A DNA stretch of 64,000 nucleotides from contig JAWMAR010000131.1 in NCBI GenBank assembly GCA_036785375.1, positions 620,001-684,000 on the forward strand. Reading direction: 5' to 3'. The translations under genes and the position numbers were made by a program. Positions 1 through 11,650 of this stretch are shown in pieces. The notes beneath the pieces are model-generated. The model worked only from the letters and a program-made list of their open reading frames with translations, had not been told where the DNA came from and made no database searches. The stretch comes from Leucoraja ocellata (lineage: Eukaryota). Numbering within the stretch: position 1 is the stretch's first letter; each line of letters opens with the position of its first letter.

Positions 1-329
1 GAACATTTAAAAAAAATAAGCTTGTTGGAAGTAAAAAAGCCATCCATAATTGGGTTTTCTTTGTTTCCCTCTTATACCTTCCGATGAAAATGCACAACGA
101 CGAATCAAGCAAAAACCATGGATTGAGAATGAACTGCCAGGGAAATAGTCTCCAGCTTTTTTTCAATTTGCATTTAAATCGTTAAAGACCTGATAGATTG
201 AAATTTCAAGAAGTCGTAAAGTGACATGATTTGCTTCCAAATTACCTCCTCAATTTAGGGGCAATTTGGACATACAATGAAAGCTGGCAATGCTATTGAT
301 TAATTCATTCATGTATATGATAAAGACAA

Positions 330-760
330 TGCATCTTGTGGGAATCACTGAAAAGGCCAACATTAATTATCTATCTCTAATTACCCTTAGGGAAGTGGTG
401 GTAAACCACCAAACTCTTTCCATTGAAGGTAATCATTAAAGATTGGGCCAAAGAGCTTATTTCTATGATCTGTGACTATGACTCAAGATAGTTTGGTGTA
501 ATGTTCCAATAACAATGAAAAAGGTGCAGAACACGTTTCCAAGTTATAATGGAATTAAACTTGGGGTAGTGGTATTCCAATACTCCTACTGCCCGTCTAT
601 CCTAATGCAAAAAAGGTCATTGGTTTGGTAGGTGCACAAGACCAACTAGAGTGCATTTTGTAGATGGTAAGCACAGCAACAAGTCTGTTAGTGGTGACAT
701 TCTACATGTCTAGAATGTTAGGAGTGATACCAAATGAGAAAAATGCAATATTACAGCTCA
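330..760 (-). mobile_element. Ancient degraded LINE 3' fragment (clade uncertain)
   Basis: Diverged text 'aaggccaacattaattatctatctctaattacccttagggaagtggtggt' recurs in related form at ~34320-34560, which suggests an old interspersed repeat. Family assignment is by recollection only. Confidence 0.3.
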
Positions 761-843
761 ATCAATATATACAACTGAATGGATTGAAGTCATTACAATA
801 TCAAGTGATTGTATTCCATGCAATTACCTTCCATTAACAGGCT

Positions 844-950
844 TCAATGGGTCATGTACTCTTTGTCTAAAGATCCACCAAGAGTGTGATTAATGCTCCG
901 CTTTTGTGACGAACTGTTAGAATGTTGTAGATATTGGAGCGACCTCTTCC
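844..950 (-). CDS. ZNF217: ZNF217 last coding exon (exon spans 950-828)
   Basis: Acceptor ttttttaaAG|GG at 951/950. Phase-1 join gives GKRSLQYLQHSNSSSQKRSINHTLGGSLDKEYMTH*, similar to the human C-terminus [25 protein letters not shown]. TGA at 846-844; donor AAG|GTAATT at 828/827. Too short for the ORF track. Confidence 0.9.
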
Positions 951-1068
951 CTTTAAAAAAATGTAAAAAACAAAAATTTGTTAAAAGCTGATGAAATCGC
1001 CATCCATTGCCAAGTTTTCAACTTAAAGTTATTAATTGGCCATCGCACACACTTTGAGATGATAAATG

Positions 1069-1278
1069 TGTAGGAAAAAACTGCAGATGCTAGTTTAAAT
1101 TGGTAGACACAAAAAGCTGGAGTAACTCAGTGGGACAGGCAGCATCTCTGGAGAGAAGGAATGAGTGACGTTTCGGGTAGAGTCTGAAGAAGGGTCTCGA
1201 CCTGAAATGTCACACATCCCTTCTCTCCAGAGATGTTGCCTGTCCCGCTGAGTTACTCCAGCATTTTGTGTCTACCTT
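1069..1278. mobile_element. Fold-back Penelope-like non-autonomous element with hammerhead motif
   Basis: Arms ~1103-1177 and ~1200-1277 are reverse complements. The centre reads gtCTGAAGAagggtctcgacctGAAAtgtc (core 1184-1211). Confidence 0.75.
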
Positions 1279-1685
1279 GAGACGATAAATGTCAAGTTAC
1301 CGATACAACTGACCAAAGATTAACATGCTATTTGAATCTGGTTCTTTTCCTTTTCCCATCTAACTAAAAAAAAAGTAGAGAATGCTTATATTCTAAGATT
1401 ACTTCGAATACAAGACCCTAGATTTCAATATATGCCCACGTTACACTTATTAAAAGACAAGGATTTTATGCAAATCTAATTCTCCAAAAATAAAACAAAG
1501 GAACACTTTAAGACATTTTGAATTAAATTGAGTAACAATCTAGGTTACCTTTTCAAAAGAGGAGAGTGTCCACAAAACAGTATTCTTGATATATCAGCAT
1601 TAAAATATTGTTTTCATTCATTTTTAATACGCTTACTCGCCTATCGACAGTTTAAACAAAAATAGAGCAAGATAAACAACTGGTT

Positions 1686-2047
1686 CATAAGTGATAGGAG
1701 CTGAATTAGGCCATTTGGCCAATCAAGTCTACTCTGCCATTCAATCATGGCTAATCTATCTCTCCCTCTCAACCCATTCTCCTGCCTTCTCCCCAAAACC
1801 CGACACCCGTACTAATCAAGAATCTATCAAGCTCTGCCTTAAAAATATCTATTGACGTGGCCTCCAGTCTTCTGTTGTAATTAATTCCACCGATTCATCA
1901 CCCTCCGACTAAGAAATTCCTCCTCATCTCCTTCCTAAGGGAACGCTCTTTTATTCTGAGGCTATGACATCTGGTCTTGGACACCCCCACTAGTAGAAAC
2001 ATCCCCTCCACATCCACTCTATCCAAGCCTTTCACTATTCGGTCATT
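1686..2047 (-). mobile_element. CR1-clade LINE 3' end
   Basis: Typical CR1 3' UTR (aggccatttggcc...ccattcaatcatggct). Minus-strand ORF fragment IVKGLDRVDVEGMFLLVGVSKTRCHSLRIKERSLRKEMRRNF matches the CR1 ORF2 C-terminus. Confidence 0.8.
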
Positions 2048-2295
2048 CACCACATTATCTGCACCCAACCTATAAATCACACTATGGCTCCAGATTCAAT
2101 GTGAAGGCACGGGTGGAAGTAGCTGACTGTAGATGATATATGCATGTGACCCTTAATATAGTTACCTCATCACTACTACCACTCCCCATATCACAAGTAT
2201 AATTACAACCTCCCTACCCACATATCGCTCTCTAGTTTCCGTGACAGACCACGTACAGCTAGTGCTCTCTGTAATGCCACAGTATGAGAATTGCG

Positions 2296-2478
2296 TGTAG
2301 GAAGGAACTGTAGATGCTGGCTCAAACTGAAGATAGACACAAAAGTTGGAGTAACTCAGCATTTCCGGTTAAGGCACAAAAGGGTCTGAAGAAGGGTCTC
2401 AACCCAAAACACCCATTCCTTTTCTCCAGAGATGCTGTCTGACCCGCTGAGTTACTCCAGCTTTTTGTATCTATCCTC
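2296..2478. mobile_element. Penelope-like fold-back element, degenerate hammerhead
   Basis: Same arms (ctggagtaactcagc / gctgagttactccag); gggtCTGAAGAagggtctcaacccaaaacaccc has GAAA mutated. Confidence 0.7.
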
Positions 2479-3574
2479 AATGAGAATAATATCAACTACC
2501 CAGGAGGTTAAAATAAATTACTTTCGTGTCATCTCCAGAGGGCAAATGGCACTAATTTAAGATCAATCTTTGTCAGGAAACCCTTATGTCTTTGTGAATT
2601 AGTAAACATTCAATACATAGATTTAAGCCAAAAGCAAACAACGTGTGGTACAATGCACCATTACAATATTCAAAAGAATGAAAATAATGCTTAGACCTTA
2701 ATGAATTTAACTCCCAGGTTTGATGGTCAAGCCATTTGCATGCAAAGATATGGAAGAGCAATTAAATATTCAAGGGGCCATTAATCATATTAACTCTGAC
2801 CAGCGTTTAGACCACAGGAGCATCTGGATACTTGACCATATAGGCCCATTAGGTCCTCAACCAAGCAGAACCCACATGCACTTCCCGCAGAGTTGTTAGA
2901 AAACAACCAACCAACCCTTCCTTCGGGCACCAAGCCGATCTTCTCTGACACTGCCTTTCCCATAAAACTCAAATTGGAATGCAAATTACATTTGCTTTTG
3001 TACGGCACATGGAGACGACTCTTTGTATGAATGTACGTAAAATTAAGACCAAGGTCAGATACCGACTAAATCTAGGGCAAACTTATTTTAACTTAAGTTA
3101 CCCAATTAACTGATAAATAACTTTGCTGGCATTTAAAACCTTTGCGGATAGCTGTCACAATCATGCCAGCTCCATTCCAAGGGATACAGCTCTTGCCAAA
3201 GTTATATTTAATCTTTTAGATATATGGGAGCATAAAGTTGTAAATGATAACATTGTATTTTTTCACCAAGAAAATGGGCTCACCTAATTCACATTGGATT
3301 GGTCACTCTTAAGAGAGTGGCAAAAGTGGAATTAGTTAGTGCTTCCTTCAAGCATCCCATTGACATTTACTATGGTTACTTTAACTTTCATTGGCACAAC
3401 TTTGGTCCTCATGTTGATAAACAGCAATAAAAGTTTCCAAAGCTGATAGATAGAGTTGGGTGATGAGAGACTCCAATACCTGCATTAGGGAGGCAATTAT
3501 CCGCACACAAGCAATCACAAATGCCTGTGAAGACATGGTTCCCTGAAATGGGGGGACTACGTATAAGCACAGCT

Positions 3575-3736
3575 GTAATTTCTACATGGTGTAACCAAAA
3601 TGTATACAAATACCCTTTAATAAAATCTGACAATGTGCACTTTAGCCACATGTGATTTTTTTCTATTACAAATCTCAAATTGGAGTACAGAGGCAAATAA
3701 ATAAAGAGTCTGTCCCAAACATTATGGAGGGCACTG
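3575..3736. mobile_element. Tc1/mariner element, right-end fragment
   Basis: Ends ...tgtcccaaacattatggagggcactg|TA, a CAGTG-type terminal inverted repeat followed by a TA target dinucleotide. No left TIR was found. Confidence 0.6.
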
Positions 3737-5374
3737 TACTTTTCCCAAATGGTAATTTTTGATTTGTCATAAAGCTTCAAGAGCCTTAGAACAGTATAAT
3801 GGAGGAGTGTCTGGCTTCAACATAGCCACAATAGTTAGTGGCAGCATTGATCATTGCAATCGTGATAAGACACAAAATTAATGCTCTTTTTACTGACCAG
3901 GGGACAGATTAAAATACCTTCTTCTGAAACACTGATGTTCTTTTGAAAAGACCTGAACTTTTGGAAATGGGCATGAATCTCGCAAAATATCAAATTATTG
4001 AATATAAGCAGTTAAACCAGCCATTACCTCATTGTATGAAAAGGGACATTTATTTCAACAACTAGCCCCACCTTTTCCCAGCACAACAGCTGAAATCAAA
4101 TATGTTTTTCTTTTCAGGGAATAGTGGCTGTCCAAAGGCTCCCAATTACTACACAGGCTTTTAAATACAAACAATGTTTTCAGAATGAAGACTTTCTGAC
4201 GTTATACAAATGGCATACCGATTCTATCTTCTAAAGCTGAAACACTGTACATAATAAACAGAGCCACATCCAACCAATTGCATCCTTAAAGTATACCAAA
4301 TAATTGGCTGGAAAATGTGAACAGTTGCTTTGCAAAAATAATCAGTTTTTCCATACCCTCTGCTGACAAATCTCAATGCCCTATATGTGTCCCAAGTTGC
4401 ATTATGACCAGAAAACAGCAGGGGAAAATGATCATGTTAAAATTCAGGACAGGAAGATGTCATTAGCATTTCTGATCTGCCAGGGCCCTTCTCTGGCTCC
4501 TATGACTATTTGACAGCCTTCATTGTCACCAGTGCTGACAATCCCTGCAAAGTGCACGGCAGCAAGTATGAATAAATTGCATTAAATTAAAAGCCACAAG
4601 CTTGATAAATCTCTATAGTAGCATCATAGTCTTGTCAGACATGATCCTTTCCGAGCAGCTGGCTTTATTTTTCAGACATCAACCAGCAAGTCAGGCAAGA
4701 TGGAAAGTCGCCACCTTGATCGGGGCAACTGATGCAAAAATAACAGGAAATGAGTGGCACCAGAACTTCCCTGTCTCCTCTGGGCAACAAAAAAAAAAAT
4801 CAGCCTGATGAACAAGCAGTAGTTGGAAACATCATGGGCTAATCAAGTTTGCTGAGTGTAATGCATTTCCCATGTCACTTCTGATCTTTCATCCAACACA
4901 ATACTCAGCCGGGAGAATTCTGTCACAGCCCAACAAGGCCTGCTTGTAATTCAAAGTGCTTTAGGATACTTTGGGCTTGAAGACGTGTAGCATTTCCTAC
5001 TGCCTACGTTAGCAAGTGCAAACTGAAAGTTGGATCCGTGAGACCGCTCATTCAATATTATTTCTAGTGGGAATGCTGTTAAAAGATTTAGCAGTGATTA
5101 GTCCTCAGACTTGCATCTTACCAATTTCCAGCCCTCCAATAAAGAGATGCCACACATTTAATCGGAAGATTGATGTTGCAGATTTAATATGAATCTTCAT
5201 TTAATCCATCACATTTGCAAGCCAATAATTGACTTCAGCACAACTAAAGATCAGCAGTTTGTGGACAAGTACAGAGGCAATCATGAAGATGTTGTTGGCG
5301 GAAAGCAGATGGTGTTGTCAGTCGTTCAGGCCGTGTAAACACTGATTTGTTTTACGTATATGTTCTGCTCCCTG

Positions 5375-5574
5375 GGTATTCGCCACCCTGGCCACACACT
5401 CATTTCACCCCTGCCACTGGGAAGAAGGTACAGGAGCCTGAAAACTGTAACGTCCAGGTTCAAGAACAGCTTCTCCCCTTCAGCCATCGGGCTATTAAAC
5501 ATTACAACCTCCAATAAGCTCTGAACTACGTAGATATGCGTGTGCGTGTGTGAAAATGTGCATGTGCGCGTGTG

Positions 5575-5606
<32 letters not shown>

Positions 5607-5722
5607 GAACTTTCTCATTTATTATACTGTTTACAGTGTACTATGTTTATATATTCTGTTGTGCTGCTGCAAGAATGTCATTGTTCTATCTGGGACATAC
5701 GACAATAAAACACATCTCTTGC
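5375..5722 (+). mobile_element. Rex/Babar-type LINE 3' fragment with internal microsatellite
   Basis: Translates HPGHTLISPLPLGRRYRSLKTVTSRFKNSFSPSAIGLLN (Rex-type ORF C-terminus). 3' UTR 'gctgctgcaagaatgtcattgttc...gacaataaaacac' matches the tail at 56580-56660. A (TG)/(TA)/(CA) tract lies at ~5538-5605. Confidence 0.75.
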
Positions 5723-5864
5723 TTAATATTTGTCCATACGAATAATGGTAGTGATATTTTACAAATCCCTCAAACAGAATGAACAAATAAAAAGTGGCCA
5801 GTGTGTAGTTGATGACTGAAACACTAGAGTCATTTGAAAGCCAAACTAGTTTGTCGTACTTGTA

Positions 5865-5908
5865 GGTACACAAAAATGCTGGAGAAACTCAGCGGGTGCA
5901 GCAGCGCA
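5865..5908. mobile_element. 44-bp micro-copy of the Penelope-like element arm
   Basis: ggtacacaaaaatgctggagaaactcagcgggtgcagcagc, flanked by a perfect 11-bp direct repeat tcgtacttgta (5854-5864 and 5909-5919). Confidence 0.75.
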
Positions 5909-6222
5909 TCGTACTTGTACTTGGCTTCTGGAAACTATGTGAGGGCAGGTGGGATTACAATGAAAAAGACAGCAAAATTAGAAATAACACTGCTTTAGTC
6001 GGTGGCACCTTGGATGAAAATAAAATCAGACCCCTGGGACGGCGTTGAATGACCAGAATGGCCATTTTAAGCAACATTAACTACTTTTGGTTCCCCGGAA
6101 TTAAATCTCCATTCGATTCCTATTTAGAATTCTCAACATTCAGCCTTCGGAAACCATTTTAAATACCTTCATACAATATTGATTTAAAGTGTCTGAGGTA
6201 AAATTTAACAAATCAATCTTAC

Positions 6223-7953
6223 CTTCTTGAGCAATATTAGTATCTCTACTGTTACTGGGTCCACACGTGCTGTACAGTGAAGCGAGATCTTGTGGGTTGT
6301 AGGAATTCAAAATTTTCAATACATTCCAACGAGAATCAATTCCATTTGAATCCAAGGCTGATCCTGGCTTAGCCGATATCCCTGTGCTTCTTGCCTGAAG
6401 AGGGGACATCTCCTGAGATAATTTTATATTTCTTCCTTGAACACTCCTCCTTATTCCAAATGAAAGCTGATCATTTCTTAAAGGACTATTTATTTTCATT
6501 CTTTTAGCTGTAGGCTCATGCGAGTCCAAACCTCCCTGATTCTCAGATATATTAGTAAGACACATTTTGCTAACATTGGGAGCCCAATGACCATCATATC
6601 TAAACAAATGTCCCCTGGGTCCTTCAGATTCATAGTCCAATTTAGTACCAGACTTTTCAGACACATTTCTCTTACTGGTACCAGCTTCTGAAGAACCATT
6701 CCTTTCTGCTTTTTGCACCATCTCTGGCATCTGCCTTGTTTCAGAATGTATAGATCCATAGCTTTCAAGTTGCATGTTAGGACTCTGGGTCATCTTGAAG
6801 GCATTAAAGTCACTGGAAGATCTAGCTTCTGCTGCAGAGGGAAGGAGATTATTGCACAGGGACTGGTGTGAGGAAGATGATAATTTTGCCTTTCCAGGTA
6901 GCAAGTCAGAAGCATCGGTTGGAGCTGCTGGTAATGGCGACTTGGTCCGACGAGAAAAACTTTTGCTCATTTCTTTGGTGGCAAGCAAAGAAGAAACATC
7001 TTGACCTAATAGTGCAGGAGGGCATCCAGTGCGTCTGCTTTTAAGTGACCCACTATGAAAAGCATTTCGAAATCCATTTATCGAACTCGGTTCAGGAATA
7101 TATTTGTGTACCAACCTTTGGTGCATCACTAAGACCTCTGGGTACAAAGTTCTGTAGGTACAAAATGGGCACACATTGCTCAGTAAGGCACTCTTGGAAA
7201 ATGAGGTAGATACATTTCCCTGAGGACTACCAGCGCTGCACAGGCTTTGCCGATATATTGTGGTACAAAGATTCAAAGGCTTTTCCAATAAACTGAATTC
7301 ATATTTATCACAGTAGTCCTCCCTGTTACGTCTAGTACTAATATAACATTGGTCATTTATAGGAATGGGTTCCACCTTCATACTTCTAGCATTGTTCTGT
7401 TGTGTATAGTTTTCTGCAAGTTCCTCCATTGAGCTTTCCTCCAGAACATTGGAATCGTCAAGTTCGATAATAGCCTTTGCATCAGAGTTACATCTCTGTA
7501 ACTCAACTATCAACTTTTCATCCATTAATTTCTCAGCGTGAGACATTGGCGACATTGGCAACAGTGCACTGCAGAAGATTCGTCGACCATGATGGATCTT
7601 CAGGTCCGGGAATTCTCTACTCGTATTTGAAAACTCGGCATTTTGAAAAATTGGACTAGTAGACGAAATAATCCTTTTCTGAATCCCCCGAGGAATGTTC
7701 GCATCTAAATCTTTGGCACCGCCCAAAGAATCTGTAAAGAACCTCTTGGAGTCTTGAAGAGATTCCTGAACAGATTCATCATTTTCTTTTGGTGCTACTT
7801 CCAATTTTGGAGATATCAATGAATTCTTCAGCGGCTCATTCTTTTCTTCAGTCCTTTTCTGCTCACCCTTGTGATGCCGTTCCAAGTGATACTTAAGTGA
7901 GGTTTTCTGAGCTGCAGCATAGTCACAGAGGGGGCATCGATGGGGTTTTTCAC
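6223..7953 (-). CDS. ZNF217: ZNF217 coding exon 3 (finger 7, finger 8, CtBP-binding motifs)
   Basis: Acceptor gtttcAG|GT at 7954/7953 and donor GAAG|GTAAGA at 6223/6222; 1731 nt, phase 1-1. Encodes GEKPHRCPLCDYAAAQKTSLKYHLERHH, PLNLC, CPFCTYRTLYPEVLVMHQRLVH and RRTGCPPALLG, all ZNF217 hallmarks. Confidence 0.96.
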
Positions 7954-8009
7954 CTGAAACAATAAATATATAATTTACTCATTTTTCATATTTTACTAAT
8001 TTTAAACCA

Positions 8010-8230
8010 TCCTACCAACAACAAGAGAGCAGTCCTGAGCTACTCTCTACTTCATTTGAGACCCTCGGACTATCTTTGATCGGACTTTACCTTGCACTAA
8101 ACATTATTCCCTTTATTATGTATTTGTACACTCTGGATGGCTTGATTGTAATCATTTATTGTCTTTCCGCTGACTGGCTAGCACGCAACTATAGCTTTGC
8201 ACTGTACCTCGGTACTCATGACAATAAACA
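8010..8230 (+). mobile_element. Rex/L2-type LINE 3' UTR fragment
   Basis: 'cttgcactaaacattattccc...tgattgtaatcat...cactgtacctcggtactcatgacaataaac' recurs at ~59640-59740 and ~62740-62895. Confidence 0.55.
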
Positions 8231-8324
8231 AAAAGGTACAGGATATTTAGGCTTGCAAGCATGTTCCATCAGTCAATGTGATTTGTAACCCCAACTCTAC
8301 ATATCCATTATTTTGAAATGATTT

Positions 8325-8574
8325 GGGGTGGCACGGTGGCGTAGTGGTAGAGTTGATGCCTTATAGCGCCAAGTACGTGTTATTTGTACGTTCTCCCCGT
8401 GACTGCATGGGTTTTCTCCGGTTTCCTCCCATATTCCAAAGATGTACAAGTTTGTACGTTAATTGGCTTCGGTAAAATTGTAAATTGTCCCTAGTGTGCA
8501 GGATAATGCAAGTGTGGGGGAAATCGCTGGTCGGTGCAGGGGCTGTTTCTGCACTGTATCTCTGAAGTAAAGTA
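8325..8574 (+). mobile_element. tRNA-derived V-SINE (HE1-like)
   Basis: tRNA-like head ggcacggtggcgtagtggtagag; V-domain tttgtacgttctccccgtgac...gggttttctccggtttcctcccatattccaaaga; CR1-like tail. Confidence 0.8.
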
Positions 8575-8599
8575 TATCACTTGTTTACATCATTCATGA

Positions 8600-8850
8600 A
8601 ATTTCACAGAGGACATAGGTTTATGGTGAGGGGGAAAGATTGTATAAGAACCCAAAGGGCTTTTTGTTTTAACAGAGGGAGGCAGATATATGGAATGAGC
8701 TGCCGGGGGAGAGTTGAGGCAGGTACTATCACATTTTAAAAGGGATATGGGCTAAACACAGGCAGGTAGGTAGGACTAATGTAGATGGGGCACGTTGGTC
8801 AGTGTGGCAAATTGGGCAGAAGGGCCTGTTTTCACGCTGTATGACTATGA
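8600..8850 (+). mobile_element. CR1 LINE 3' fragment
   Basis: 'tatatggaatgagctgcc...gggcagaagggcctgttttcacgctgtatgactatga' is a CR1-type 3' end. Confidence 0.65.
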
Positions 8851-9351
8851 TCATGAAATCTTTCAGAGGATGAATGATGGGGAAAATTCTATCGAAGGAA
8901 ATATTTGAATTAAGGTATGAAATTGAATACTGTGACATAAAGCCAACAGGGAAAGTTGGCAATAGAAGGAAGAGGCGGGTTGTTAACTAAATAGGCTTGG
9001 AGTATAACACGCTGCTAATCAGCTACTACCAGAAGTTAATAAACCCTTGCTTATTGTCATGTAGATATGGCCCATTTAAGTGGAAAGGTTTGGAGTAGTC
9101 GGATGGATTTTAATTTAACGAATGGGAGAGTATTCAATTACTGGTATGTTGCAATAAATATACATAGCACAAAGGGTTTTTTGGTGATTGTACTGGTCAA
9201 GTGCAAAAGTTAGAACAGAAGATTGCTTGATGGATAATACACTGAAAGCATAGGGGCAGTAATAAGGCAAAGTCTACTGGCTGCACAAGGCAACTCAAAG
9301 TAAGTTCTATTCAAATTGAACACCCAATTAAGGAGCATGGCACGTAATTCT

Positions 9352-9560
9352 AATAATAATAATAATAATAATAATAATACATTTTATTTATTGGGCGCCT
9401 TTCAGACATTTCAAGGACACCTTACATAGATTAACAGGAATATAAACATATAATCAGAATAAAATAAATAATAAAGACATCACAGAAACACAAATTAAAA
9501 ACAGAATTCAGTCCAAAAACAAAAAATCAAAAACACAATGTGAAGAGAGAGCAGCGGCTG
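9352..9560 (-). repeat. (AAT)n tail plus 3' end of an L2-like LINE/SINE
   Basis: About nine AAT units followed by 'acattttatttattgggcgcc'; on the minus strand this is ...ggcgcccaataaataaaatgta(TTA)n, an L2-type tail. Confidence 0.5.
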
Positions 9561-9660
9561 GGTTAAAACACCAGAATAAGAATATGGATTTTTTTGGAAA
9601 GAGGTTTATGAGTGACCATACCCAAGGCTTTCAATGGTCAACAAGAAATACTTGAGTTAT

Positions 9661-9945
9661 GGGGCAGCACGGTGGCGCAGCGATAGAGTCAAAGACCCGA
9701 GCTCGATCTCGACTGGTCTTGGACAGATGCTCGTCTGTATGGAGTTTGTACGTTCGCCCCGTGACCTGCGTGGGTTTTCTCCGAGAACTTTTGGTTTCCT
9801 CTCACATCATACTCCAAAGACATAGAGGTTTGTAGGTTAATTGGCTTGGTATAAATGTAAATTGTCCCTATTGTATGCAGGATAGTGTTAATCTGTGAGG
9901 ATTGCTGGTCGGTGCGGAATCAGTGGGCCTATTTCAGCACTCTCT
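9661..9945 (+). mobile_element. V-SINE
   Basis: ggggcagcacggtggcgcagcgatagag head and V-domain gagtttgtacgttcgccccgtgacctgcgtgggttttctcc. Confidence 0.8.
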
Positions 9946-10335
9946 TTTATTATAATAAAATATAATATATGAACAATTACTTTAAAAAGAATACAAATGA
10001 AAGACAGGATGGAGGTCCTGCACAAGACTAGAGAACATTAGTTCAAAATTAAGCAGCTTTGAGAAAGGTTTATTATTCAATTGTTAATAGGAAAGCAGGA
10101 GATGTGAAACAGGATTACAGAAAGATGGGTTAACCGATAGTATGAGAATAAAATGGATCACCATCTACATTAAGAATGACCGCACTGCTTTAAAATAATG
10201 TAAACTAAAACCAATTTTGCTTATTAGGCCTTTAGCTCAACATAACAGTAAACCCAGTGCTTGTGGTTACAGATACTCAACATGTTTCAATATTCCTCTT
10301 TATGCTGCAGTGAACAAATAGAAAACAGGAAGGAA

Positions 10336-10425
10336 AGGGTCTCGACCCAAAATGTCACCTTTTCCTTTTCTCCAGAGATGCCGTCTGAGCCGCTGAGTTG
10401 CTCCAGCTTTTTGTGACTATCTTTG
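10336..10425 (+). mobile_element. Penelope-like element, single arm
   Basis: aagggtctcgacccaaaatgtcacc...gctgagttgctccagctttttgtg. Confidence 0.65.
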
Positions 10426-10598
10426 GCAAAACTGGGCAACTGTTAGTGGTAGAGTGACAAAGGGGATCCGACTGTAATGGCTTCCCCTTTAATATACTTG
10501 AGTAAATTATATATGTTTGTAGGTTTCGACCCACCATGCTCAACCCAACGTTCCTTTGTAGCTTTGCAACTATTGCAAACAACAATGCAACTATTTCA

Positions 10599-10763
<165 letters not shown>

Positions 10764-11064
10764 CTACTTAATCATCCATCACTCCTCCCAAATCATCCCA
10801 TCCATATATCTGGCAACTTTATCTTAATCCAAGAGAGTGAGACAATACACATTTTATCTACAGCAAAAATGTTTATAAAGTACAATTAAGAGTGACACGA
10901 TTAAATGGATCATGAAAATATTGAAGATGGACTGTAAAATGTTTTAAATTCTATATCTGTACAAAATTAAGACCATTCAGCCCACTGAATCTACACAACT
11001 GGAATTCTCTGCTGGTTTCCTTGAATCTTATATTATTTCATATGCTTATACTCCCATCGCCCTC

Positions 11065-11290
11065 CCAATTCTCCTACCCAGCCCAGCCACACTGGGGATA
11101 CTTTACAACATTCCACTAACACACCAACATGTACTACTTTAAGATGTGAGAGAAAACCAACCACTTTGAGGAAACCCACACTATCACATGGTGAAGGTAA
11201 AGACTCCACATAGCCAGCAGTGGATGTCAGGATCAAACTTGGTCACTGGAGAATTGAGGCAACAACAATACCTGTTGTAAAACTGCGCTA
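11065..11290 (-). mobile_element. Old, diverged V-SINE-like element
   Basis: 'gatgtgagagaaaaccaaccactttgaggaaacccacactatcacatgg...aagactccaca' is the reverse complement of a decayed V-domain. Confidence 0.55.
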
Positions 11291-11650
11291 TCCTTAATCT
11301 TGGAATAAGTGATGGCCGCTCTATACAATGTGTTTGCAACTGTATAAAAATGAATGGATGCTAGACTATAAAACTCCGGAGGCCTTTGAGTTAATTATGT
11401 CCCATCGCAAATCTGCACCCAGATCAAGCCTGGCTCTCTTTTATTTCTTGTACCTTACCCGACAACGAAAGCAATGACCAGCAACCTTGGTGCTCGCAAG
11501 CACACCTATACAATGTATGCAGTGCACAACACTGTGCAATTATAAATCAACACCTGAATCACCAACTGAAATATTCATCCGATTACAAAAGTTCCCTAAT
11601 CAGGTGTGCAGCACACATGTGCATTTCCATCTCAAGAAATGTATTTACCA

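Noticed and set aside
2790-3008. 72-aa Cys-containing ORF as a possible ZNF217 exon
   Set aside because: No convincing acceptor and no similarity to the ZNF217 C-terminus; the exon at 950-828 fits far better.
4029-4089. Cryptic exon candidate (tttcAG|CTG ... GAG|GTAATG) with an early stop
   Set aside because: Short polypyrimidine tract and no homology; such pairs arise by chance, and it cannot be supported without RNA data.
6140-6222. ORF-track extension KIDLLNFTSDTLNQYCMKVFKMVSEG* as the true C-terminus
   Set aside because: A strong donor AAG|GTAAGA sits at 6223, and a homologous downstream exon exists at 950-844; the extension is intron read-through.
8325-8400. tRNA genes at SINE heads (also 9661, 21924, 34579, 39883)
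   Set aside because: A/B boxes continue directly into V-domain and LINE-like tails with no complete cloverleaf.
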